A stretch of 64,000 nucleotides of DNA from positions 26-64,025 of the forward strand of contig REBP01000235.1 in NCBI GenBank assembly GCA_007692665.1, given 5' to 3'. Source of the DNA: Gemmatimonadales bacterium. GTDB lineage: Bacteria > Gemmatimonadota > Gemmatimonadetes > Longimicrobiales > Gaopeijiaceae. The notes below the pieces were generated by a model. That model was not told the DNA's origin. It saw only the letters and a program-made list of their open reading frames with translations, and ran no database searches. Both the position numbers and the translations under genes were made by a program. The first letter of the stretch is position 1; every line of letters starts with the position of its first letter. This document shows positions 1-10,196 of the stretch, one piece after another.

Positions 1-1168
1 GGCGATCCGGCAGTTCCGGCAGGAGGTCGGCTCGAGCAACGCGATCTTCATGCACCTGACGCTGGTGCCGTACATCGCGGCGGCAGGGGAACTGAAGACC
101 AAGCCCACGCAGCACTCGGTGCGGGAGCTCATGGAGATCGGGATCCAGCCCCAGGTCCTGATCTGCCGCTCCGAGCACCAGCTCGACGAGGAGATCCGGC
201 GGAAGATCTCGCTCTTCACGAACGTGGACCGGCGCGGGGTCATCGAGGCGCTGGACGTGGACTCCATCTACCAGGTGCCCCTCGAGTACCGGCGGCAGGG
301 GCTGGACGACTACGTGCTGGAACTCCTCGGCCTGGAGGCGCCGGCCCCCGACCTCGAGGCCTGGGGGCGCATGGTCAAGACGGCCCGGGCCCCGTCGCGG
401 GGACGGGTGCGGATCGCCGTGGTGGGGAAGTACACGCAGCTGGTGGATGCCTACAAGTCGGTGCAGGAGGCACTGATCCACGGCGGAATCGCCAACGACG
501 TGGAAGTGGACATCGACTGGCTCTCGTCCGAGGGGTTCGAGTCCGACGACGGCCCGGGCCCGCGCCTGGAAGGGTACGACGGCCTGCTGATTCCCGGCGG
601 CTTCGGTCCCCGGGGGGTGGAGGGGATGCTCGAGGCGATCCGCTGGGCCCGCGAGGTGGAGCGTCCCTTCTTCGGGATCTGCCTGGGTCTGCAGTGCGCG
701 GTCATCGAATTCGCCCGGAATGTCTGCAACATGGAAGACGCGCACTCCCTGGAGTTCGACCCCGAGACCCCGCACCCCATCATCGCGCTCATGGACTCCC
801 AGCGGCAGGTCACCGACAAGGGCGGGACCATGCGGCTGGGCGCCTACCCGGCGCGGCTGGAGGCCGGGTCCCGTGTCCGGGAGATCTACGGCGAGGACGA
901 GATCTCCGAGCGGCACCGGCACCGCTTCGAGGTGAACAACGAGATGCGGGACGCACTGGTCGAGTGCGGGATCCGGTTCAGCGGGGTGTCTCCCGACGGG
1001 CAGCTGGTGGAAATGATGGAACTCCCCGACCACCCGTGGTTCGTGGGGTGCCAGTTCCACCCCGAGCTGAAGAGCCGGCCCACCCGGCCCCATCCGCTCT
1101 TCGCGTCCTTCGTCGCCGCGGCGGGGCGTCGCGCGGGGATCGGCGGAAAAGACGGGGCAGGGGGCTGA
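1..1168 (+). CDS. pyrG: CTP synthase, C-terminal part (5' end lies outside the window)
   Basis: The ORF 50..1168 translation shows the synthase-domain end and the glutamine amidotransferase domain (GICLGLQ, HRHRFEVN, QFHPE). The frame is open back to the window edge. Confidence 0.95.
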   Translation, partial: AIRQFRQEVGSSNAIFMHLTLVPYIAAAGELKTKPTQHSVRELMEIGIQPQVLICRSEHQLDEEIRRKISLFTNVDRRGVIEALDVDSIYQVPLEYRRQGLDDYVLELLGLEAPAPDLEAWGRMVKTARAPSRGRVRIAVVGKYTQLVDAYKSVQEALIHGGIANDVEVDIDWLSSEGFESDDGPGPRLEGYDGLLIPGGFGPRGVEGMLEAIRWAREVERPFFGICLGLQCAVIEFARNVCNMEDAHSLEFDPETPHPIIALMDSQRQVTDKGGTMRLGAYPARLEAGSRVREIYGEDEISERHRHRFEVNNEMRDALVECGIRFSGVSPDGQLVEMMELPDHPWFVGCQFHPELKSRPTRPHPLFASFVAAAGRRAGIGGKDGAGG

Positions 1169-1170
1169 CC

Positions 1171-1977
1171 ATGGCGCTCTTCTCGGACTTCACGCTCATC
1201 GCCGGGCCCTGCCTCCTCGAGAACGACGACCTGAACCTCCGGGTGGGCGAGGCGCTGGCCGGACTCTCCGAGCGCCTCGGCCTGCCGGTCATCTTCAAGT
1301 CGTCCTTCGACAAGGCCAACCGCTCCCGGGTCGATGCACCCCGGGGACCGGGCCTCGACGAGGGGCTCCGGCGCCTCGAGCGGGTGGGCGCGGCCACCGG
1401 GCTCCCCCTCCTCACCGACTTCCACGAGGCGGGCCAGGCGGCGGCGGCGGCCGAGGTGGTGGACGTCCTCCAGATCCCTGCCTTCCTGTCCCGGCAGACC
1501 GACCTGGTGCTGGCCGCCGGATCGGCGGGGGTGGCGGTGAACGTCAAGAAGGGGCAGTGGATGGCACCGGAGGAGCTGAAGGCCGTGGTGGAGAAGATCC
1601 GGATCGGAGGAGCCGACAACGTGGTGGTCACCGAGCGGGGCACCTTCTTCGGATACGGCTCCCTCGTCGTGGACTTCCGCTCCTTCCGCCGGATGCGGGA
1701 GGCCACCGGATGCGGCACCGTCTTCGACGGCACCCACTCGGTGCAGCGCCCCGGAAAGGCCGACGGCGCAAGCGGCGGAGACCCGGAACACATTCCGTCG
1801 CTGGTTCGTGCCGCCGTTGCCGCGGGGTGCGATCACCTCTTCCTCGAGACCCACCCGGATCCCCGGTCGGCACCCTCCGACGGGTCCAACATGCTTCCGC
1901 TGGACCGGCTCGAGGCGCTGCTCCGACAGGTCATGGCGATCCGGGCCGCGGTGGACAGCTCCGGGGGGTGGACATGA
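1171..1977 (+). CDS. kdsA: 2-dehydro-3-deoxyphosphooctonate (KDO-8-P) aldolase
   Basis: Internal ATG at 1171 of ORF 694..1977. The sequence MALFSDFTLIAGPCLLEN...FKSSFDKANRS...QIPAFLSRQTDL...VNVKKGQ is typical KdsA. It sits 2 nt after the pyrG stop. Confidence 0.93.
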   Translation: MALFSDFTLIAGPCLLENDDLNLRVGEALAGLSERLGLPVIFKSSFDKANRSRVDAPRGPGLDEGLRRLERVGAATGLPLLTDFHEAGQAAAAAEVVDVLQIPAFLSRQTDLVLAAGSAGVAVNVKKGQWMAPEELKAVVEKIRIGGADNVVVTERGTFFGYGSLVVDFRSFRRMREATGCGTVFDGTHSVQRPGKADGASGGDPEHIPSLVRAAVAAGCDHLFLETHPDPRSAPSDGSNMLPLDRLEALLRQVMAIRAAVDSSGGWT

Positions 1978-2567
1978 TTCCCGATGCAACGCCGGGCGGA
2001 GCCCGCATCCCGGCCCACATCGCGCGGAAGATCCGCCTCGTCGTCCTGGACGTGGACGGCGTTCTCACCGACGCCGGCGTGTACCTGGGGCAGGACGGTT
2101 CGGGAATGGCGGTTGAACTCAAGCGGTTCGACATCCAGGACGGGCTCGGGCTCCGGCTCCTGCAGGATGCGGGAATCCAGGTTGCCCTGGTCTCGGGCCG
2201 GGTCTCCGGGGCCACCGAGGTTCGGGCAAGGGAACTCGGCATCGAGGCGTGCCACCAGGTGTCGGGCGCCCACAAGCTCCCCGTGGTCCGGGCCCTCTGC
2301 GAGGAACGGGGACTCGAATGGGACGAGGTGGCGATGGTCGCCGACGACCTTCCCGACCTCCCCGTCATGGAGCGCGTGGGACTGCCGGTGGCGGTGGGGA
2401 ACGCCGTGCGCGAGGTGCGCGGGGCCGCACTGTGGACGACCCGGCGCAGTGGCGGGCATGGAGCCGTCCGGGAGTTCTGCCGGGTGCTGCTCGAGGCTCG
2501 TGGAGAATGGCAGGCCCGGGTGGAAGCCTACGTGGACGCCAGGAGGGGAGAGCATGGATCTCCTTGA
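1974..2567 (+). CDS. kdsC: KDO-8-phosphate phosphatase (HAD-IIIA)
   Basis: ATG at 1974 forms an ATGA overlap with the kdsA stop. Motifs VVLDVDGVLTD, DGLGLRLL, VSGR, GDDLPDLPVM and GGHGAVRE match KdsC. Confidence 0.85.
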   Translation: MIPDATPGGARIPAHIARKIRLVVLDVDGVLTDAGVYLGQDGSGMAVELKRFDIQDGLGLRLLQDAGIQVALVSGRVSGATEVRARELGIEACHQVSGAHKLPVVRALCEERGLEWDEVAMVADDLPDLPVMERVGLPVAVGNAVREVRGAALWTTRRSGGHGAVREFCRVLLEARGEWQARVEAYVDARRGEHGSP

Positions 2568-3513
2568 AGCCGGACGCGACGTCCTCCGGCTCGAGGCCGG
2601 CGCCCTGGAGGCGGTTGCCTCGCGGCTGGGCCCCGAGTTCGTTCATGCGGTGGATCTTCTCCACGGCTGCGAGGGGCGCGTGGTCGTCACCGGGGTGGGA
2701 AAGAGCGGGATCATCGCGCGGAAGATCGCTGCCACGCTGACCTCCACGGGGACCCCCGCGACCTTTCTCCACCCGGTGGACGGCCTCCACGGGGACCTGG
2801 GGATCGTGTCGAGGAGCGACGTCGGGATCTTCCTCTCCAAGAGCGGCGCGACGTCGGAGCTTCATGGCCTCCTGGAGTACATGCTGCGCCTGGGGATCCC
2901 CATGATCGCCATTACCGGGCAGGTGGACTCCCCCCTCGGAAGAAGCGCCCGGGTCACCCTCGACGCCGGGGTCACCGAGGAGGCGTGCCCCCTGGACCTC
3001 GCGCCGACGTCGTCCACCACCGCCGCGCTGGCCCTGGGGGACGCGCTGGCCATGGTCCTCCTCCGGAAGAAGGGGTTTCGGGCCGACGACTTCGCCCGCT
3101 TTCACCCCGGGGGCGCCCTGGGAAGGAAGCTCACCCTGCGGGTGGAGGATGTCATGGTCAGCGAGGGATACCCGTCGCTCGGACCGGACCTCCCCATGCG
3201 CGCGTGCATCGTACCGCTCGCCCGGATGCGGGGTACCATCCCCATCGTGAACGACGACCGGCAGGTCGTCGGCGTGGTCACGGCGGGCGACCTGACGCGG
3301 CTCATGGAACGGGATCCCGAAGGGTTCCTGGACACGCCGGTTCGGGAGGTCATGACGGTCGATCCACGCGTGGCCGTTTTCGGGCAGCTCGCGGGCGCCG
3401 TCATTCACGATCTCGAAACCCATGGCATCATGGCCCTCCCGGTGGTGACGGACGACCGCCGACTCCAGGGGGTCGTGCACCTCCATGACCTTCTCAAGTC
3501 GGGAGTCGTATAG
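2554..3513 (+). CDS. kdsD: arabinose-5-phosphate isomerase (SIS + tandem CBS)
   Basis: ATG at 2554. SIS motifs VVVTGVGKSGIIARKIAATLTSTGTPATFLHP and a C-terminal CBS pair. It lies in kds/lpt context. Confidence 0.9.
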   Translation: MDLLEAGRDVLRLEAGALEAVASRLGPEFVHAVDLLHGCEGRVVVTGVGKSGIIARKIAATLTSTGTPATFLHPVDGLHGDLGIVSRSDVGIFLSKSGATSELHGLLEYMLRLGIPMIAITGQVDSPLGRSARVTLDAGVTEEACPLDLAPTSSTTAALALGDALAMVLLRKKGFRADDFARFHPGGALGRKLTLRVEDVMVSEGYPSLGPDLPMRACIVPLARMRGTIPIVNDDRQVVGVVTAGDLTRLMERDPEGFLDTPVREVMTVDPRVAVFGQLAGAVIHDLETHGIMALPVVTDDRRLQGVVHLHDLLKSGVV

Positions 3514-3515
3514 TC

Positions 3516-4076
3516 ATGTCCCACAGCATCGTGTCCGCATCACGCAACCGGCGTGGCCCAGTGTTCTTCCTGGTGCTCTTCCTGTCCCTGGTGGCGGGGT
3601 GCAGCTCGGAGGACACGGTGACCACGATCCCGGCAGACTACCTGGCCTTCGACGCGGACGGCATCGTCTTCGGCATGGTGCACCGTATCACGCAGGACGG
3701 ACGGGTCCAGGGACTGGTACACGCCGACACTGCGATCCAGTGGCAGGACTCCTCGGCGGTGCATCTGCGGGGCGTCGACCTGACGGTCATGGAAGAGGAC
3801 GGAAGCGAGCGTGCCCACGTCACCTCGCGCACGGGCATGCTCGACACCCGGACCAACCGGATGACCGCCTACGGCGACGTGGTCATGATCATCCCTGCCA
3901 GCGCGCGCCGCATCGAGAGCCAGGAACTCCACTACGATCCGCAGGGTGACCAGATCTGGAGCGATTCCGCCTTTGTCTTCACGGAGGGATCGAGGGTGAG
4001 GCGAGGACAGGCCTTCCGGTCGGACCTCGAGTTCCGGAACTTCCAGATCGTCGGTCGCGGAGCGGCTCGGCCATGA
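3516..4076 (+). CDS. lptC: LptC-like LPS export protein, predicted lipoprotein
   Basis: It occupies the position between kdsD and the lptA-like gene. Signal peptide with lipobox LVAGC. The beta-rich pattern (TSRTGMLDTRTNRMTAYGDVVMI ... ELHYDPQGDQIWSD) is typical of LptC. The call rests on context plus pattern only. Confidence 0.65.
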   Translation: MSHSIVSASRNRRGPVFFLVLFLSLVAGCSSEDTVTTIPADYLAFDADGIVFGMVHRITQDGRVQGLVHADTAIQWQDSSAVHLRGVDLTVMEEDGSERAHVTSRTGMLDTRTNRMTAYGDVVMIIPASARRIESQELHYDPQGDQIWSDSAFVFTEGSRVRRGQAFRSDLEFRNFQIVGRGAARP

Positions 4077-5611
4077 GGCGCTTCACCGGGTCCCCCGTTG
4101 CGACGGGCCACGCATGGCGCCTGGGCGCGCTGGCGATGGCCCTGATCGCGTCGTTCACCGCCCTGCCGGCCGGTGCCCAGCAGTTCGCGGGGGGCTGCGA
4201 TCTCAGCGACGATTTCCGCGGAATCCGGAGCCAGGAGATCTCGCCGGGCGTCAGCATCGTGTGGATCGGGCTTCCGGATCTGCGCTGTCCCGACGGCCTG
4301 CGGATTCGTGCCGACTCGGCCGTGATCTACGAGCAGACGGGCCGCAACGAACTCATCGGGAACGTCCGATTCACGACCCCCGAGCGGGATCTCCGCTCCG
4401 ACGTCGCGGACTGGTTCCAGCGCGAGGGGCAGCTCCTCGCCCGGGGCAACGTGATCTTCGGCGACCTCACGCAGGGGACCGAGGTCCGGGGCGAGTCCCT
4501 GGACTACCTGGAAGGCCGGCCCGGACGCGAGGAGCAGGTCACCGTGTCGGGAGGGCGACCCACGGCAACGCTTCCCGCCGAAACCCGCCCGGACGGCTCC
4601 CCGGGGGTGCCGTTCCAGGTCACCGCGAATCGACTCCGCTTCCAGGGGGAGCGCTTCTTCTGGGGGGACGGCGAGGTGGAGGTGGAGCGCGAGGACCTGC
4701 GCGCCCAGGCGGACTCCCTCATCTATGACCGGGAATCCGAGTTTCTGATTCTGAATCGGGATGCGGAGGTGGTTCGGGGAGACGTCCTGGCCAGGGGTCA
4801 GAACCTGAACCTCACCTTTGTGGACGATCAGCTCCGTACCCTCGCGGCCCGGAACCCGGGGCGCATCGAGACCGGTGAATATTCCATCAGGGGCATGAGC
4901 GTGGAGGTGTCGCTGGACGAGGACGAGGAACTGGAGACGATCCTCGCCGAGGGGGGGGAGGACCCGGAAACCGGCGAAGCGATCATCGCGACGCTGGAAG
5001 GAGAGAACCTCTTTCTCCGGGGGGCGCGCATTCACGTGGCCGACGCGGAGGATGGACGCCGGCTCCTCACCGCCACCGGGGCGGCTCGCGCCGAGGCGCT
5101 GGGAGAGGGCTTCGGAGCCGCCGGCGCCGGGTCCGATGTTCCCGCCCCGGGGGATGTGCAGGTGCCTGCCCTCGATCCCGTGGAGGAGGAGGGGGACCTG
5201 GCCGGCCTCGCGGACCGCGACTGGATCGAGGGAGAGGAAATCATCGCGCTCTTCGAAGCCCTCCCCGCCCCCGAGGCGGATCCTGACGCGGCCGACGGGT
5301 GGCGACTGATCCGCCTTGAATCCACGACCAACGCCGCGGCACTGTACCGAACGGAGCCGGACGAACAGCCTGCGGGGGACGACGCGACACCCTCCGACGC
5401 CGCCCCCCCGGAGCCGGATACCGTCGAGGCGCAGGCCCCTGCAGCGCCCGGGGATGCAGCAGCCGCTCGCGCGGGGCGCCGCTTTTCCATTTCCTACGTG
5501 CTCGCCAACCGAATCGTCATCTATCTCGAGGACGGCGAAGTCAGTCGACTCGAGGCCGAAGGCAATGTTCGCGGTCTCCAGCTGGAGCCGCGCGAGGGAG
5601 GAGCAGGATGA
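4073..5611 (+). CDS. lptA: OstA/LptA-family periplasmic LPS transport protein, unusually long (512 aa)
   Basis: ATGA overlap with lptC. Signal peptide ...ALPAGAQQ. Several repeated OstA-like beta-jellyroll segments ([20 protein letters not shown]; [22 protein letters not shown]; [21 protein letters not shown]), plus an Asp/Glu/Pro/Ala-rich segment. It sits in the canonical position before lptB. Confidence 0.6.
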   Translation: MRRFTGSPVATGHAWRLGALAMALIASFTALPAGAQQFAGGCDLSDDFRGIRSQEISPGVSIVWIGLPDLRCPDGLRIRADSAVIYEQTGRNELIGNVRFTTPERDLRSDVADWFQREGQLLARGNVIFGDLTQGTEVRGESLDYLEGRPGREEQVTVSGGRPTATLPAETRPDGSPGVPFQVTANRLRFQGERFFWGDGEVEVEREDLRAQADSLIYDRESEFLILNRDAEVVRGDVLARGQNLNLTFVDDQLRTLAARNPGRIETGEYSIRGMSVEVSLDEDEELETILAEGGEDPETGEAIIATLEGENLFLRGARIHVADAEDGRRLLTATGAARAEALGEGFGAAGAGSDVPAPGDVQVPALDPVEEEGDLAGLADRDWIEGEEIIALFEALPAPEADPDAADGWRLIRLESTTNAAALYRTEPDEQPAGDDATPSDAAPPEPDTVEAQAPAAPGDAAAARAGRRFSISYVLANRIVIYLEDGEVSRLEAEGNVRGLQLEPREGGAG

Positions 5612-6585
5612 TCGAAGAGAACCGAACCGACACGCTCGACGAGGCCGCGGTGGAGAATCCGCCCACCTCCTCGGCCGAAGCGGCCACTGCGGCTCCGTCA
5701 GCCGCGGCCCCGGCTGCCCCGGCCGGGGCACCCCAGGAGTCCCCACCCGCCGCGGAGCCGACGCCTGCCGCGGACTCGGCCATCCCCGTCCGCCATGGAT
5801 CCAGCGTGCTCCGGGCACAGGGGCTCACGAAGATCTACCAGCGCCGCAAGGTCGTGAACGAGGTGGACATTCAGGTGGCCCAGGGCGAGATCGTCGGCCT
5901 CCTGGGGCCGAACGGGGCAGGGAAGACCACGAGCTTCTACATGGTGGTCGGCCTCATCGCGCCCGACCGGGGGAAGATCTTCCTGGACGACCGGAATCTG
6001 ACGCGGGTGCCCATGTACAAGCGGGCCCGCCTCGGGGTCGGGTACCTTGCCCAGGAGCCGTCGGTCTTTCGCAAGCTCTCGGTGGAGGACAACGTCAAGG
6101 CGATCCTGGAGACCCTTCCGCTCGGCAGGAAGGCCCGGAAGGAGCGCCTCGAGAGCCTGCTCGAAGAACTTTCCATTGCGCATCTCAGGAAGAGCAAGGC
6201 CTATGCTCTCTCCGGCGGCGAGCGCCGGCGCCTCGAGATCACCCGGGCCCTCGTGCAGCAGCCCAAGTTCATGCTTCTCGACGAACCCTTCGCCGGCATC
6301 GACCCCATTGCGGTGAACGACATCCAGCAGATCGTTGCCGGACTCAAGCACCGCGGTATCGGCGTCATCATTTCCGACCACAACGTCGAGCAGACCCTCG
6401 ACATCGTGGACCGCGCCTACATCATGTACGAAGGCCGCATCCGCGTGAGCGGCACCGTCTCCGAACTGGTGTGGAACGACGAGGTGGCCGAGATCTACCT
6501 GGGGCCGACCCTCACGCACAGGATGCGCAGCCGCTACGAACGCCCCGCCGAGGTCACCGAGGTGATCGAGGACCTGGAACGCTGA
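5608..6585 (+). CDS. lptB: LPS export ABC transporter ATP-binding protein with an N-terminal Ala/Pro-rich extension of about 70 aa
   Basis: GGAGGAG lies 6 nt upstream of the ATG at 5608, which forms an ATGA overlap with the lptA stop. Walker [10 protein letters not shown], signature [11 protein letters not shown], Walker [13 protein letters not shown]. Confidence 0.9.
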   Translation: MIEENRTDTLDEAAVENPPTSSAEAATAAPSAAAPAAPAGAPQESPPAAEPTPAADSAIPVRHGSSVLRAQGLTKIYQRRKVVNEVDIQVAQGEIVGLLGPNGAGKTTSFYMVVGLIAPDRGKIFLDDRNLTRVPMYKRARLGVGYLAQEPSVFRKLSVEDNVKAILETLPLGRKARKERLESLLEELSIAHLRKSKAYALSGGERRRLEITRALVQQPKFMLLDEPFAGIDPIAVNDIQQIVAGLKHRGIGVIISDHNVEQTLDIVDRAYIMYEGRIRVSGTVSELVWNDEVAEIYLGPTLTHRMRSRYERPAEVTEVIEDLER

Positions 6586-6599
6586 CCCGGACGCACCCC

Positions 6600-8108
6600 A
6601 TGGCACCTCTCTCGAATCGGCTCTTCCAGAGCACCGAACTCCGCCAGGAGATGAAGATCAACCCTCGCCTCTACCAGGCGATGGAGCTCCTGTACATGCC
6701 CCTGCTGGACCTGCAGGCTCACCTGAAGACCGAGCTCGCCGAGAACCCCTTTCTCGAGCTCACGGAGGCGGATGCCCCGAACGAGGTGAGCCTGGACGAG
6801 GAGGCTCCGGAGGAGAAGAAGGACGAGGAGATCGACTGGGAGGAGATCCTTCTGGACGGCTGGGAACCGGGTGGATCTCCGCGGGGCCAGCACGAGGAGA
6901 AGGAGTTCCACCAGCCGACCCCGGTGGAGCGGAAGGATCTGCGCGATCTCCTGATGCGGCAGCTCGAGCATCTTCCCCTCGATGACCGGCAGACCCGGCT
7001 CGGCGAGGAGATCATCGGGAACATCGAGGACTCGGGCTTCCTCTCCTGCGGCCTGGAAGTGGTCCTGGAGGGTGCGAACCGGTGGCTGGAGGAGGTAGGG
7101 GAGGTTGCGTATGCCCGGGCCCGCCAGATCCCGGATCCGGAGGAGAAGTCGGAGGAGATGGCCGAGCTCGAGGAGATGTTCCGACCCTACACCGAGACGG
7201 AAGCCGAGCAGATGCTCGAGGTGGTCCAGCGCATGGATCCCACGGGGGTCGGGGCCCGGGACGTGCGCGAGTCCCTGCTGATCCAGATGCGGAGGGAGGG
7301 TTCGGAAGAGTCTCTCGGATATGCACTTGTTGCCGACCACTTCGACGACCTTCTCAACCACCGGTGGACGGAAATTGCCCGGGGCCTCGGCATCTCTCCC
7401 CGGGCCGTTCAGGACGCGGCCGACGGGCTGGCCCACCTGGATCCGAAGCCGGGACTCCAGCACGCCCTCGACGAGGATCCCTACATCCTCCCGGATCTCA
7501 TCGTCGAGAAGGTGGACGGGAGCTACCACGTCTTCCTGAACGACACGAGCCTCCCCCGCCTGCGGATTTCCCGGTCCTACCGGGAGGTGGCGCGGAACAA
7601 GAACGAGTTCAAGGGCGAGAACCGGGACTTCATCTCGAGCAAGCTGAACTCGGCCAACTGGATGATCCAGGCCATCGAGCAGCGGCGGCAGACCATGCTC
7701 AAGGTCATGAACTTCATCGTGGACCGGCAGCGGGAGTTCCTGGAGCGGGGGGTGCAGCACCTGCGCCCCCTCACGCTGCGGGAGGTGGCCGACTACATCG
7801 AGATGCACGAATCCACGGTGTCGCGGGTCACGAACGAGAAGTTCGTCCAGACCCCCCGCGGCGTCTTCCCCCTCAAGTTCTTCTTCTCGAGCGGGCTCTC
7901 GACGACGTCGGGCGAGGACATTTCGGCACGGGGCGTTCGGGACAAGATCCGGATCCTGGTGAACCAGGAAGACACGAAGAAGCCCCTTACCGACCAGAAG
8001 ATCGTCGAGCTGCTGGATGGAGAAGGGATCCAGATCGCCCGACGTACCGTGGCCAAGTACCGCGATCAGCTGGGAATTCTCCCGGCCCGGATGCGGAAGC
8101 GTGTCTGA
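6600..8108 (+). CDS. rpoN: RNA polymerase sigma-54 factor
   Basis: ATG at 6600 inside ORF 5316..8108. The N-terminus MAPLSNRLFQSTELRQEMKINPRLYQAMELLYMPLLDLQ is region I. The C-terminal RpoN box ARRTVAKYR is present. Confidence 0.95.
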   Translation: MAPLSNRLFQSTELRQEMKINPRLYQAMELLYMPLLDLQAHLKTELAENPFLELTEADAPNEVSLDEEAPEEKKDEEIDWEEILLDGWEPGGSPRGQHEEKEFHQPTPVERKDLRDLLMRQLEHLPLDDRQTRLGEEIIGNIEDSGFLSCGLEVVLEGANRWLEEVGEVAYARARQIPDPEEKSEEMAELEEMFRPYTETEAEQMLEVVQRMDPTGVGARDVRESLLIQMRREGSEESLGYALVADHFDDLLNHRWTEIARGLGISPRAVQDAADGLAHLDPKPGLQHALDEDPYILPDLIVEKVDGSYHVFLNDTSLPRLRISRSYREVARNKNEFKGENRDFISSKLNSANWMIQAIEQRRQTMLKVMNFIVDRQREFLERGVQHLRPLTLREVADYIEMHESTVSRVTNEKFVQTPRGVFPLKFFFSSGLSTTSGEDISARGVRDKIRILVNQEDTKKPLTDQKIVELLDGEGIQIARRTVAKYRDQLGILPARMRKRV

Positions 8109-9030
8109 CCTCCTGCTCCGACGGGATTTTGCCCTCGTCGTTCCCGCCTTCAACGAGGCGGAGGTGGCCCCGGCGCTGGTGGCCGAACTCCGCGAAGCGT
8201 GGGAGCGGCACGGGCTGGCCGGCGAGATCCTTGTCGTGGACGACGGGTCCACCGACGGGACGGCCGAGGTCATCGCGAAGGCGGCCGCCGGGTGGGATAC
8301 GCTCCGGGTCCTTCCTCACCGCACGAACCTCGGGAAGACCGAGGCCATCCTCACGGCGGCCCGCGCCACCGAGCGCAGCGTCCTCGTGCTCTTCGACGCC
8401 GACCTGCAGCACTCCCCGGACGAGATCCCCCGCTTCCTGGACCGCATGGCGGAGGGGTGGGACGTGGTCTGCGGCCGGAAGATCGGGGCCTATGACAAGC
8501 AGGCCGTCTCCACGGCCTATAACCGGTTGTCGCGAAAGATCTTCCAGGTTCCGGTCTCGGACCTGAACTCCATGAAGGCCTTTCGCCGCGAGATCCTGGA
8601 GGAACTCCACCTGCGCCACGACTGGCACCGGTTCTTCGTGGTGCTGGCCCACGCCCGCGGGTACCGGGCCACCGAGATCGACATCGAGCTCCTGCCACGG
8701 CGCGCCGGGACCTCCAAGTATACCGGTGGCTGGCGCGTGGTGGTGGGCGTCATCGACCTCCTGTCGGTCTGGTTCCTCCTCCTCTTTTCGCGAAAGCCCC
8801 TCCTCCTCTTCGGCACCCTGGGGCTGGCGATGATTTTCGTCGGCGCCCTGGTGGGGGTCGTGGCCATCTGGCTCCGCTTCGTGCACGGGTTCGGGTTCCG
8901 GCCCCTCCTCACCCTCGTGCTCCTGCTGGAAGTGCTCGGGTTCCTCCTCTTCGGCTTCGGCCTGCTGGCGGAGATGGTGGCCCAGCTCCGCGAGGAGGTG
9001 TCGGAACTCCGCCGCAGGGCGCGCAAGTGA
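8101..9030 (+). CDS. GT2 glycosyltransferase with C-terminal TM helices (GtrB/CsbB-like polyprenol-phosphate glycosyltransferase)
   Basis: GTG at 8101 overlaps the rpoN stop by 8 nt. GT-A motifs VVPAFNE, VVDDGSTDGT and FDADLQH are followed by two or more hydrophobic helices (VIDLLSVWFLLLF..., LGLAMIFVGALVGVVAIWL). Confidence 0.8.
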   Translation: MSDLLLRRDFALVVPAFNEAEVAPALVAELREAWERHGLAGEILVVDDGSTDGTAEVIAKAAAGWDTLRVLPHRTNLGKTEAILTAARATERSVLVLFDADLQHSPDEIPRFLDRMAEGWDVVCGRKIGAYDKQAVSTAYNRLSRKIFQVPVSDLNSMKAFRREILEELHLRHDWHRFFVVLAHARGYRATEIDIELLPRRAGTSKYTGGWRVVVGVIDLLSVWFLLLFSRKPLLLFGTLGLAMIFVGALVGVVAIWLRFVHGFGFRPLLTLVLLLEVLGFLLFGFGLLAEMVAQLREEVSELRRRARK

Positions 9031-10196
9031 CCCCGGTCCGACTCCCGCGGGTCATGGTGGTGGTGGGGACCCGCCCCGAGGCGATCAAGATGGCGCCCGT
9101 GGTCCACGCCCTCCGCAAGCGCGAAGGGATCGTGGAGACGGAACTTGTTCTCACCGGCCAGCATACGGACATGGTGGCCGACGTGCTCGAGGTGTTCCGC
9201 CTGGAGCCGGATCACGACCTGGCCCTCATGCGGGAGGGGCAGTCCCTCTACGACGTGGCCCGCGGGTGCATGGACGGCCTCCGGGGACTCGTGGAGACGC
9301 GGCGCCCCCGCCTCGTCCTCGTGCAGGGCGACACGGCCTCCGTGTTCTTCGGCGCCCTGGTGGCCTACTTCGAGCACGTGGCGGTGGGGCACGTCGAGGC
9401 CGGCCTGCGGAGCGGGGACCTGCGGCGCCCCTTTCCCGAAGAGGGGTTTCGCCGCCTCACCGGGGTCCTGGCCGATCTCCACTTCGCCCCCACCCCCGGC
9501 GCCCGCGACAACCTTCTCCGCGAGGGCGTACCCACCGACCGCATCTTCCTGACCGGAAACCCCGTCGTGGATGCACTCCTCCGGGTGAGCGCGTCGGAAC
9601 TTCCGATCCGGGATCGGACGCTGGCCGCCCTTCTGTCGGAACCCGGTGGCGGGCCTCCCTTTGCGCTGCTCACGGCGCACCGGCGGGAGTCGTTCGGGGA
9701 GCCCCTGGCCAGGGTGTTCGGGGCCGTGCGCACCCTGGTGGACGAGCGCCCGGATCTCCGCATCCTCTACCCGGTGCATCCGAACCCCGAGGTCCGCGGG
9801 CCGGCGCAGCGGATCCTGGGCGGCCACCCCCGCATCCACCTGGTGGACCCGCTCTCGTATCCCGATCTCGTGCGGGCGCTGTACCGGGCTCGGCTGGTTC
9901 TCACCGATTCCGGGGGGATCCAGGAGGAAGCCCCGACCTTCGGGACGCCCACGCTGGTGCTTCGGGAGGTGACGGAGCGCCCCGAGGGGGTGGCCGCCGG
10001 CGTCGCCGAACTCGTCGGCACCGATCCGGAGCGGATCCTGCGGGGTGCGCGAGCCCGGCTGGACGAGGGGCCGGAGGCCAGGAACGCGCGTCGCGGCCGG
10101 AATCCCTACGGGGACGGGCAGGCGGGCTCCCGCATCGCGGAGGCCGTCGTGGATTTCCTGGCCAGCTCCACGGGTTCCCCCCGGGTCGGGACATGA
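9027..10196 (+). CDS. wecB: UDP-N-acetylglucosamine 2-epimerase (non-hydrolysing type)
   Basis: GTG at 9027 (GTGA overlap). Motifs VVVGTRPEAIKMAPV, TGQH, VQGDTAS, HVEAGLRS, TDSGGIQEEAP. Confidence 0.9.
   Translation: MTPVRLPRVMVVVGTRPEAIKMAPVVHALRKREGIVETELVLTGQHTDMVADVLEVFRLEPDHDLALMREGQSLYDVARGCMDGLRGLVETRRPRLVLVQGDTASVFFGALVAYFEHVAVGHVEAGLRSGDLRRPFPEEGFRRLTGVLADLHFAPTPGARDNLLREGVPTDRIFLTGNPVVDALLRVSASELPIRDRTLAALLSEPGGGPPFALLTAHRRESFGEPLARVFGAVRTLVDERPDLRILYPVHPNPEVRGPAQRILGGHPRIHLVDPLSYPDLVRALYRARLVLTDSGGIQEEAPTFGTPTLVLREVTERPEGVAAGVAELVGTDPERILRGARARLDEGPEARNARRGRNPYGDGQAGSRIAEAVVDFLASSTGSPRVGT

Noticed and set aside
3932-5818. A 628-aa ORF on the minus strand, antisense to lptA/lptB. 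Similar long antisense ORFs occur at 6534..8273, 19371..21662, 30111..31988, 32784..35495, 35381..37360, 48912..51005, 51392..53533 and 57740..59995.
   Set aside because: These are typical high-GC shadow ORFs. Their translations are Arg/Pro/Gly/His-rich with no motifs, and each lies opposite a gene with a clear family signature.
8623-8637. TGGCAC hexamers (also at 15791..15796) as sigma-54 promoters, given that rpoN is in the window.
   Set aside because: No TTGC element lies at the required 5-nt spacing (the sequences read TGGCAC-cggtt-cttc and TGGCAC-tgaag-gact), and both sit inside coding sequence.
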